Positions 26,101 to 38,100 of a stretch of DNA of 64,000 bases are shown here, piece by piece. This stretch comes from Antedon mediterranea (Eukaryota; Animalia; Echinodermata): positions 11,318,948 to 11,382,947 of the forward strand of contig NC_092673.1 in NCBI RefSeq assembly GCF_964355755.1, written 5' to 3'. The notes beneath the pieces were generated by a model, which saw only the letters and a list, made by a program, of their open reading frames with translations, did no database searches and was not told the DNA's origin. The position numbers and the translations under genes are program-made. The first letter of the stretch is position 1. Each line of letters opens with the position of its first letter.

Positions 26101-29100
26101 AAGTGAATTCCGTGCAGGTACTTGTCCGGGGACAAGTGAAAGAAATTGAAATTCCCTCACCCCTGCAATTCCTGTTGACGTACACGCACCCTCTGATAAG
26201 AAAATACCATGTGCGTTCCTGCATGGTGTAGTCCATTATACGTGTAAAATTAGGGGTGTTTACTTTTAGCACCAAAGTTAAACCTGCACCTCAACTCGAA
26301 GATCGTTGGAGGTATATCATATTTATATTTTATCGCACCCACCTCAATAATCCAGCAGACAGATCATCAAAAAATCTTGTTTAACAACGTCGTACACTAA
26401 ATTACCAAACGCGTTTTTACCGAACTCAAGGAAATGGTATAGTCCACAATACATGTGCAGAAGGCCGGCTAAACACAAAGAGCGAGAAAGGGGTCGGCAC
26501 GTCCGTCCGTGTTTTGAATTCTTATAAATATGGATTATACTAACAAAAAAGCTTCAGAAATCGAAACTCGGAAAATAACTATAATTTATATTCTACTACA
26601 TAATGTCATTGGCTTAATTTTTACCGTGGTTAACACTCTGTGTATGAATAGTTGTAGGTAAGGCCTACAAACAAATTGTTTTGGTATCATGTTTTCTCCG
26701 TCGACTGCTAGCTAAGTAAGGCTGAGTAGCTTGCTGTTGTAAGGGTCTTTATACCTGTTCTGGGGTTCCTTGGTTGGCTTCACGTGCCTTTTTATCGCAT
26801 TATTTGAAACTAAACGAAACATTCAACACAGGACGGTAAACTATAAACGCTGACCATCGTACCTATTTATTATTTATATGGATCGTAAATACACGTAATA
26901 TTTATATAAAATACAAAAAGATGTATTGTAGACAGTCCTACTACTACTACGCAATCTGATGAATAGGGGGAAATCCCCAAAACATTTTGCGGGTAGAATT
27001 TTTTTTTTTTTTTTAATTCCACCCTCAACCGGAAACAAGCTATTTTTTAATTTTGGCCTAGTTATTTTTTAATTTTGGCCTTGGTGCCCCTTCGATTTAA
27101 AACAAATGGCCTTGGTGCCCTCCCATTTGGCCTTGGTGCCCCTAAAATCAATGAAAACTGGAGGCCAAATGGCCTTGCCCCTAAAATCCCCAAATTCGAG
27201 GCCTGCACCTACGACCAAATTCATTGCAGATCTAACAAGCAGTGTGTCACCATCATCCTTTGCTTGGCGTACAGTGATATGCTGTCTTGCCATCTCTGTA
27301 GATAATGTAATGATTTTGGGGTAGAAGGAAAAGATAGAGGGCGGCAGATGGAGGCAGAGTAGGCAGGAGGAGAAGCAGAGAACGGACGTGAGAAAAAGGG
27401 CTGAGAGGGATTTGAGAAGGAAGGCAATGGAGGGTTACCTCGAGCTGCGTTAAAAAGGAGGGAGAGATTGGAGCTGGAAAAGCGGAGAAGCAGGGAGAAG
27501 ACGTGTAAAATAAGTAGAGACATTAGAGAAATTGAAAAACAAAGTGTATAGAAGATTAGAAAGAAAGAGAAAATTGGAGTTGAATAGTAAAAGGAGAGTT
27601 AAGACACAGCAAGTAAGTTAGCCGGAGGGTACAGCATACCGCTTGAGCTGCTGTTTGAGACATAGTGAGCCGGAGGTTGCGCCTACTGTACTGGTTGTAT
27701 CACTATTTGAGACATATTGAGCCGAAGGTTGCGCCTACTGTACTGGTTGTATCACTATTTGAGATAGCTGAGCCGGAGGTTGCACCTACTGGTTGTGTTA
27801 CTGCTTGAGATACAGTTAGCCCGTGGTACACCCTGTGGTTGTGATACTGCTTTGCTGGTGGGTACACCTATTAGCCAGTGGTTAAGACTACTGGTGGTTA
27901 CCCTGTTAGCCGGTACGTGGTTACGCCATTGTTGGTGGTTACGTGCTGTAGGAGGTTACACCATTGTGTTGGTGGGTACGTTGCTGGTTGGAGGTTACAC
28001 CATTGTTGGTGGTTACGTGCTGTGGAGGTTACACCATTGTTGGTGGTTACGTTGCTGTGGAGGTTACACCACTGTTGGAGGTTACACCATTGTTGGTGGT
28101 TACGTTGCTGTGGAGGTTACACCATTGTTGGTGGTTACGTTGCTGTGGAGGTTACACCATTGTTGGTGGTTACGTGCTGTTGGAGGTTACCCATTGTTGG
28201 TGGTTACGTTGCTGTGGAGGTTACACCATTGTTGGTTGTTACGTGCTGTTGGAGGTTACACCATTGTTGGTGGTTACGTGCATGTTGGAGGTTACGCCGT
28301 TGTTGGTGGTTACGCTACTATTGGAGGTTACGTCATTACTGGTGGTTACGCTGTTGTTTCAAATCCGGCGTAATAGCAGAACTAATTAAATTAATTATTA
28401 TAATCGGTTGTTACCAATAATTTGGAATCAAAGAAGAATAAAGGAGGTCACTCCAGAAATTGTAATTGATTTTTTTTGTTTCATTCGAGTGTGCCGCGGT
28501 ACCGCAGACCCTTCCCCCCAAAAGGGAACAAACCCGAGAGCGGATTTTCGTTACAATATCATCGTGATGATGCTTTCTTGTGGTATTGCGCCAGACAACC
28601 TTCTCAAAGGAATCTGCTGCAATTGCAAGAAAGGCGAAAGGCAATGCCAACAAATTCAATAGTGCTACCGTCGTGTTTGATGGCTACGGGGAAGAATCAT
28701 CAATGAAAGACCATGAGCATATACGCCGGATGGCTGGAAAGAAGGTTTCTCCGGACTTGAGTGTCACACTGGACCTGACTGTGTCATGTGATAGAGAGGT
28801 ATTCCTGGCAAATGAGAAGAACAAAGGAGCCTTGATCACGATGATATCTACAGAGATGGCAAGACAGCATATCACTGTACGCCAAGCAAAGGATGATGGT
28901 GACACACTGATTGTTAGATCTGCAATGGATTTGGTCGTAGGTGTTAATTCCCCAGTTGTTGTTGTCGCCCAGGACACTAATATTTTGATTTTGCTCTGCT
29001 ATCATAGACCTATCGACTGTACTAACTTGTATCTTTAAGCAGACTTTGATGGCCTGCGTGTTCATCTTCAAGTTGGAATATGGAGGCATCTGAACACCTC

Positions 29101-32100
29101 GGTCCTTGAACCCAAGGGAAGAGGATGGGAATTAGACTCCAACAGAAAACTTAAACCTAAGATGCTTTCTTGTGGTATTGCGCCAGACAACCTTCTCAAA
29201 GGAATCTGCTGCAATTGCAAGAAAGGCGAAAGGCAATGCCAAACCATGAGATGCAGCTGCATGAACGCTGGCATGTTGTGTGTATCTGCATGTGGTGTGT
29301 GCAGTGGACATTGCGAGAATGGAAAGGATAACACAGATGCAGAAGAACTAATTGACAGCGATGAAGAGGAAGCACTATAATTATTAATTTATTTTGTTTT
29401 GGTGATAGTTACTGTAAGTTATTATCAGCATTATCTTGACCTTGTATTTGGTGGTCAAGACTTGGTTTAGGGTCATTTATTCTGTGGGTTTTGACACCAT
29501 GTACGCCTCAATAAGTCAAAGTTAATGTTTTGGGGATTTTTGTTAATTTAAAAAAAACAATCACTAATAATAGCATGTTCATGATAGAATAAATACTTTT
29601 GACCTTTGACCTCATTTTTTAAGTTTGTTTTTTTTTCTGCATATTTTAACATCAATATACCATTATATGTTGCTGAAATATCAATCATATGCCATTTTAT
29701 GTAGAAAATTTGACTTTTTGACCTTTGACCTCATTTTTAGTGGTCAAGATTTGATCCAAAGATATGACTTCTATTTTAAGTGTTATTCCTTTTTTAATTC
29801 TGCACATTTTGACACCAATTTTAATTAGATACCATATTCTGGTGACGAAATATGATTCATACAAGAATTATAGCTATTTGGCAACGGTCAATGAACTTTG
29901 ACCTCCGATAAAAAATTTTCCCCAGCCCCTATCTTCCATTCTTTTTTCTTGGTAGTTGTCCATACCCATACTTACCAAAATCAGTTGAAATTAGCTTCTT
30001 TTAAATTTTTTCACAGATAAACCTAGGTGTGTGAAAATTAAAGTAATTGTGGTTTTAGGCCTGGGCATAGATCATTTCAATGTTATTGCAGTGCAATCAA
30101 ATATCACACGAAAGTTTTGTGATGTTGATAATTTTTTAGTCTGTTTGTTTTATTATTTAGTCCTAATACGAATTTTCTTGCAGTTATTATAGGCCTAGGC
30201 CAGGCAGGGGGAGTATAATCGAAGCGGCCGCCAGTTTAATATCGTCATTTGTATGGAACGCTGTGTGCGCTTTAATCTTTGATTGTTGTTGTCAACGCCA
30301 TGGCCTATGGCGAGTTGAGTTACAGCTAAGGGGTACTGTCAAACCAATAAATATAAAAGCCAAAAATCATTTGAGTACTATCAAATCTTTATATTTCTAC
30401 TAATAGGCCTAATATTAAATAATTAAGTTTGCCTGCCGATAAATCAATGTATATTTTATTTGTATTTTAATATTAACTTACATGCTATCGAATCTTATAT
30501 TCTATTAATATTTACATACTATCGAATCATTAATAATTTACGTTTACATCATAATATACATACTTTTATATCTTATTTACATACTTTATATTGCTAGTAA
30601 AGGGAAAAAATAACTTTGAACTGACCCACGTTTCTCGAGCACTCTCCTATAATCTCCTCAAATCTATATTCAGTATGCATTAATAATTTACGGACAGTAC
30701 TGTCGAATCTTTATATATTATTTACATACAGTACTATCGAATCTTCATACAGTATTGAATTAATAATTCATGTACGGTATTGTCGAATCTTTATATATTA
30801 TTTACATATTATCGAATCGTTATACAGTATTGCATTAATAATTTACGTACGGTATTGTCGAATCTTTATATATTATTTACATACAGTACTATCGAATCTT
30901 GGTTTTTATTATTAGTAATAGGGTGTGTTATACATTATGTGTTATTCCATTGTAATACATTGTTTGTGTTTTCAATAAAGCAATGTGGGGACGAATACGC
31001 CAGAGGAACGCGCACCTTCTACAGCACTAATTGAGTCAGCCAGTCAAGTTATTAGCAGAAATTCGCGTAATTAATTACCATGTTATTATTATTTTAGTAT
31101 TTAAAACTCATTTTGAATTGATTTATATATCTGAAGGCAAGGTATAACATAAATGTTAAATAAATTAGAAAGAAGTTAACAAATTATGATGGTGAACACT
31201 ACTAGTTACTTTACTGAATAATTAATATACAATAACAAAAATATATATTTTGATATACTTTATTGAAAAAATATATATAATTCTTAATATTTAAAAAATA
31301 ATAATAATAATGTTAACTTTTTTGTTAAACCAATTGTCAAGTACTTACTTGCTACGTTTCGGCTATTTTCAGTAGCCTTGGTCACGCAAATGATGTTGAC
31401 ATGATGTTCTGTCATTCGTCATGGTTCGGTGAATTACGCCATCTCTCGTCTGATGTTCAGCTTTCTGCTGGTGTCCCCCTTTGGATGCTCGAGAGATGAC
31501 TATATGTAAATTTACGTACGAAAAATTCTGTAAATCATGCGTTACTTACTCTATGGTATATAAAGTTTGTTGGTACTGATTTTAATCATTGTTTTTACTA
31601 ATTAAGTTGAGTTTTCCCCTAATAGGGTGCTTTCTAATCGTGGTGGCTAATGGATGTTGATGCTAAAGTATAACTGCACATCTCAAGGGTGGATCCAAGG
31701 GGGTGGTCCACAGGGTCCGGGCCCCCCCTAAATTTTAAATGTGCCCTTTTTTTTAGAGGTTCAATATATTTTAATCGTGTGACATTTGTGTGTATGTTAG
31801 TGTACACAGACTGAGTAGGCTACACATACGGCAAAAACGAAAATAGAAATTTCCGACGATGTGCTGGCCAATCAAAGAGCATTATGAGGTGACATAACGA
31901 TCTCTAGTTAAACTTCTAAAAATAGATCCTTTTACATACTACAGAGGGTGCATTATCAAACTTTTTCATCACGTGAAATAATGTATCAGGAATTAATGAT
32001 TAAAAAAAAATTATTTTAAATTGCTTCTTGGTGTTGGTGGATCAAAATTTACAAACTTGGGTCTGGTAACAGACCGATAGTAACAAACTGACCTATAAGG

Positions 32101-35100
32101 CGTCGTCAAAATCTATAGTAATTGTCTTATTATGTTTGTTGGGTATTTGCAGTAAATCATTAGAAACCATTCCAAGGAAGCTTGTCTTTTGTTATATATT
32201 TTGATTATTGATTATAAAGCATATTGAAATAAACTTTACTATAAAAATGTACTGTAATAACACTGGTCACAGACTGACATGTCAGTCTGTGACCAACTCG
32301 GTAACAAAAAAGGTTTTTAAAAAAAATAACCTTATGAGTGTATGTAAAGCTATAATTTTTAATAGTTTGAAAAATATTATAATTGTCAAGAAGGTACATG
32401 GTTTTTAAATTTTAAAAAATGTCGTTTTTTGGTAACAACCCGACAAAATTATTAATGATTATGTTGTCTCCTCAACATATTTCTATGTTGATTGATTACA
32501 TTTTTTAAAACTATATACTATATATTTTGATTATTGATTTTAAAGCATATTGAAATAAATTTTACTATAAAAATGCTAGTTTAGCTTACTGTAATAACAC
32601 TGGTCACAGATTGACATGTCAGTCTGTGACCAGCTCAGTAACAACCAGACACTTTTTAATATCATATAAAAATGTAAAAATAAGGTTTTTAAAAAAAATA
32701 ACCTTATGAGTGTATGTAAAGCTATAATTTTTAATAGTTTGGAAAATATTATAATTGTCAAGAAGGTACATGGTTCTTAAATTTAAAAAAATTTGTTTTT
32801 TGGTAACAACCCGACAAAATTATTAATGATTATGTTAGCCCCTCTTTAATATTTCTACGTTGATTAATTCAATTTTTGTTAACAAAATCTCAAATAATAT
32901 ATTTAATTCTTTAATTCTAAAAAGAAATGACATGTATAAATTGGGATTTAGTTGTCTGTTTTATAGGATTTAAGTAAACCTCATATTGTTTTATTTTTTA
33001 AGTTTTCTAAATATCATTATTTTAAATGGAAATATGTCCGTATATATCTCATAATTTTTTTTTACCGCTTAATTATCCTGAAAATATATCCCATTAGCTT
33101 TAGTTTGATATCAAACATGTTAAGATTGCTAAAATTTGAAAATTTAAAAAAATCAAAAAAAAATCGTGGAATTGCCCATTTGTAACTTTCTATAACCCTC
33201 CCGGTGAAATTATAATTATTCAACTACATACATTCTATCATGTCTGTATTGTGTGTGGAGTGCCTATATATAAGAACCATCCATGAGCACGAGAGTGTAA
33301 GCAAGCGTCTAGTAAGGATAATAATAGTTTTTGAGGCTATGTTTACGACTTGTATGAGGGGAATTAATGCAAGGAATGTCATACAAAATCAAATAGCAAA
33401 GATACACTTACAAGTGTGTTTTAATTTGTAACATTTGTTTCTTCAGGGTCCAAAACTACTGGATAAAGCAAATGGTCTTCATAATTTTATGAACTGGAAA
33501 TGGGCACTTTTAACTGTGAGTTTATAATCTATCTATTTATACTCTACTTTCTGTCTTAATCTTTTTGAAATCAATTTTTTACATTTTAGATTGTTTTTCT
33601 CAAACTTTGTGTATTATATTGAATAGAACACACTTTTTTAAAGCTCGGTACAGGCATGAATTTTAAATATGATATCTGGTTAATTGTACATAAATCAAAT
33701 ATTTGTAATAGAAATCAAGATGAAAAAACATGAATTTCCCATAAAATGGTCAAATAAAAAATTTGGCAAAGTTCTGCCATAAAAACCTTTTTAAGACTTT
33801 TTTTTTTTCAGTAATTATGTAGTTTAACCTAATGTAATGACATGTCTGGTGACTCCCTAGAAGGTGAAAAAAGATGGTGGATATACGGGGGATAATGCTA
33901 TAGCATGAAAATAAAAATCTGAAATTGAATAAAAACAGCAAAAAACTAAAATTCAAGTTATACATATTACCTATATTTAGTCATCTGCTTTTTGAAATGC
34001 CTTTGAACTGATAAGAAACAGCTTATTTTCAACAAGCTTGTGTAACACAAATAAAATCCCAAAAATTATGAAACATAGGGGAAGCTATAGATCGGTAATT
34101 ATTTGAATGTATGATCAATAAAAATGTTAAGCCCGCACCTGGCCTTTAAAGGAAAATGATTAATTAATTAAACAGTAAAATTAACACTTTTAACTAATTG
34201 TATAGTATTGCATACAGTAGTCACGATATAGCAGACACAGATTGCAGTTTCATAAATTTATTGTTTTTAACTTTATGATTTGACATTGCAGGACAGTGGT
34301 GGCTTTCAAATGGTGTCCTTATTAGATCTTGCTGTGATTACAGAGGAAGGAGTCAAGTTTCGATCACCTTACACAAATGAAGAATTGCTTCTTACACCAG
34401 AAAAATCAATGGAAATTCAGAATAGTATAGGAGCAGATATTATGATGCAGCTAGATGATGTAGTTCATGTTTTGACTACTGGCCCACGGGTAGAGGAAGC
34501 TATGCATAGGTTTGTCAAAAGTCAAATGTTGTGGGACACGTTTCAAGTTCCATTGGTTTTTAACTAGTCTGCTGAGCTCACGGGCGAACATGTCTTTTAT
34601 ATATAAATCAGGCACAGAAATAGCTAAACCACCTTGTAATATATTAAAAATTAATTTTTTTTGAAACGGAAATCTGTGAGAATGAGAAAAAGTCTCACAG
34701 AAAAGATTAAAAAAAACAGAACCTTTTGTTTGATATGCACTGGGTCTTTCATGGTATTGTTTAAATTTGACTCTAAGTGTGGTAAGGCAGAACAGTACTA
34801 GTCATTGATTTCAGTATATATGTAAGTTCACAAAAGGTGCAGACAAAAATATTTGTATAAGTTCTATATTCGTAAAATGGAAGTAATTTTATTCAGTTAA
34901 GAATGAAATTTGTTTTATCATGAAATTATTTGTACCATTGTACTCAAAAACATATATTATTGATCATATTTGACTGAGAAAATATTCGCCCCATTCAACA
35001 CAAAAACTTTCATATTCAGGGGCGGATGCAGGGGTGTTGTCCCAGTTGCCCGACAACACCCTTAATTTCATACTAAATGTTTTTTCTGCCACTAAATTAA

Positions 35101-38100
35101 AATTTAGATCCCATTTCATCATATATATTAACCATTAATGTTATAGTCCAGGCCTGTGGCGCAAATAATCGGTTTCTACAGCCCTGTACTCTTGGGCAAC
35201 CCCCTTAAAATATTCCTGTGACCGCCCCAGATATTTGTATAATATACAGTATCTTCTTTTCAGGTCTATACGATGGTTGGACCGATGTATCGCAGCTCAC
35301 AAGAGACCATCAGAGCAAGCTTTGTTTGCAATAGTACAAGGTGGTCTAGATATTAAAATGAGAAAGCAATGTGCAAGAGGTATATTTTGTAATATTCTTA
35401 ATTAGTCAAAATATGAAAATATTTGGCCTAACAACAACAAAATTGCAAGAAAGGGTTTTTAATGTATTATAAAAAAGATGGTCTCAAAAAACATAAATCA
35501 AAAGTTTACTCAAATCGGAATACTGCAAAGGTTCAAAATTTGATGTTAAAAAAAATGGCCGACAAGTTTTGAAAATCTGTAACCACTTCGTAGAGAGCTG
35601 TATTTGGTGTCAAATTGTTTATATTGATACTTTTTTAACATTTTGTTGAAACATGACCGGAAATTCCATTTTGTGACCTTTGACATAAATGGCATGACGT
35701 TTATATCTACGTAATTGCAAATCACAGAGTCTTGATATTAGTGTCAAAATGTACACACATACGTTTATGTTTACCCTTTTTGAACATTTTGTTGAAAAAA
35801 AAAAAATCCATTTTGTGACCTTTAACATAAATGGCATGATGTTTATATATAAATCCAAAGGCAAATTACTGAAAAAATGACAATGCTGTGGGTATCAGTG
35901 GCTGGATCTCAATGGAGATACAAAAAAAAAAGCGAAAAGCTAAATCAAAACGATAAAGTAAAACAGCCAGAAAAGTTAGCAGAGCTTTCGGGCAACACTA
36001 GCCTTTCATCAGTGCAATGCAGTGTATATATATCTATGTAACTGCAAATCACAGAGTCTTGATGGGTCAACATGTTCAAAATGTACACACATATGTTTAT
36101 ATTTACCCTTTTTGAACATTTTGTTGAAACATGACCAGAATTTCCATTTTGTGACATTTGAGCCAAAAAAAAGTGTTAATATAAACCATCAAGATATTAA
36201 GCCGAAGGCTAGAGGGCGCACTCCAGACTGAAAAGTGATTCCAACAGGAGGGGAACCAACAAGATGGCGGCGGTAAATTTGTTCAAAAACATTATTTAAT
36301 ATAAAAAATTATAATCTAATATAATACATTAAGACCACATAAATTACAACACATATTCTTGTCAACTCAAAGCACAGTGAAGTTTTTATATAATTAAATA
36401 TAACTAGATTTAATTCGTCACTATAGGTTATATGCATTGATTTAAATAAAGATAATTGATTTTTAAAAGATATATTGATTGATTGATTTTCTCAGAATCT
36501 TTAGTTATTTATAATATATGATAGGACCTTGCTAACGCGAACACCATAGCCGGTATCACAATCCGATCAAAGATCCATATGCTTATAATGTCATAAACCA
36601 CATTTGTTGTTACATAATAATAAAGACATAAGTTAATTTTTATCTAGATTTCATTATAAATCATGTGTATAATCTATACACTAAGAAATAAATTTGAACA
36701 AACAATACAGATAATAAAAAAAAATCTTATTTCATTTCCCAAGGTGAGACTCGATCTCGGTACCTTGAATGCCATAGACACGAGCACAGACCATCGAGCC
36801 ATACACAACTGACTAAAAGTTGTAGAAAAATTCCTCCGTGTATTTACTATGCAGTAACCACTTTGGTGCAAATAGATTATTACATACCGCAATGAATTAT
36901 AATTTTTTACTATGATGACATCTTTAAAATGTAAACAAATGATGCACTGTCAAACTATATACTTTTAACTTTAATATATGAACTTTTGAAGGAAGAAAGT
37001 TAATGTTAAGTTTGTTATTTTGGCTTAAGAAAATGTCATAATTTGTTTGATTGTCGAAATTATTTTTTTTAAATTTAATATGCAATTAATGATGACTTCA
37101 TCTTGTTGGTTCCCTCTCCATGGAGAATCACTTTTGAACTGCGATAACATTAAAAGATTGCCATATAGCCTTCGGCTATAATATCTTTGATATAAACATA
37201 CAGTCGGCCTTCTCATTTACGAACTCCTCTCAGACCAAGGGGTTCGTAAATGAGAAGGTTGACTTTATGTTTATATTGAAATTTTTTTGTATAAGTTCTA
37301 TATTCGTAAAATGGAACAAGTAATTTTATTCCGAAATTTGTTTTATCTTGAAATTATTTGTACCATTGTACTCAACATCATATATTATTGGTCATATTTG
37401 ACTGAGAAAATATTCTCCCTATTCAACACAAAAACTTTCATATTCAGTGGCGGATGCAGGGGTGTTGTCCCAGTTGCCCGACAACACACTTAATTTCATA
37501 CTAAATGTTTTTTCTGTCACTAAATTAAAATTAAGAACCCATTTCATCATATATATTAACCATTAATGTTGTAGTCCAGGCCTGTGTCGCAAATAATCGG
37601 TTTCTACAGCCCTGTACTCTTGGGCAACCCCCTTAAAATATTCCTGTGACCGCCCCAGATATTTGTATAATATATATCTTCTTTTCTGTTTGTAAATGAA
37701 AAAGTTTGTAAATGAGAAGGTTTGGAAAAATGCACCCTCTATTAAAATCAGTGGTAAAAACATGCCCAAACAAAGGCCCTATGTATAACTTACTGTGTAA
37801 GAAGAAACAAACAATATTAAAAATACAGTATAAAACAATTAAATTTAACATGTCAATTAACACTTTGACTGCCAAAAAGATATTTCTGCTTTTTGTTACA
37901 CTCATTTTCTGTACCAAAATTCTATCGTTTTCTTTTTATTATTGCATATTTTGATACAAACTGTAATTTACGAACCTGTTCTTGAAGTAATAATATCAAA
38001 TCCGTTCTGGACCGCATATATTTTACATTTTAAAAGCTACTAAAATCTGGTGTGGACGACAGCAAGTTAAATTCCCAGAAAAATGAGGCGACTGACAACA

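Larger units (their letters stand above)
8143..30025. mobile_element. Inverted pair of Academ-like DNA transposon 3' ends enclosing the nest in QTRT1 intron 1
   Basis: 8143..8287 plus 9274..9804 plus 23202..23520 is the reverse complement of about 29057..30018. Coding remnants [34 protein letters not shown] and a Cys-rich CxC tail. Right end reads TAG on the minus strand. Confidence 0.65.

Noticed and set aside
27780-28420. Three overlapping repetitive ORFs (GGYTIV, WRLHHC and EVTPLL repeats)
   Set aside because: They are frame-shifting translations of a minisatellite, with no ATG start or splice context.
29162-29380. Small Cys-rich protein resembling metallothionein or tesmin
   Set aside because: It is the C-terminal Cys-rich finger of the fragmented Academ-like transposase, present in rearranged copies.
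30620-30662. Possible third hammerhead (minus strand TGAGGAG...GAAACGT)
   Set aside because: First core box and stems are too degenerate to support.
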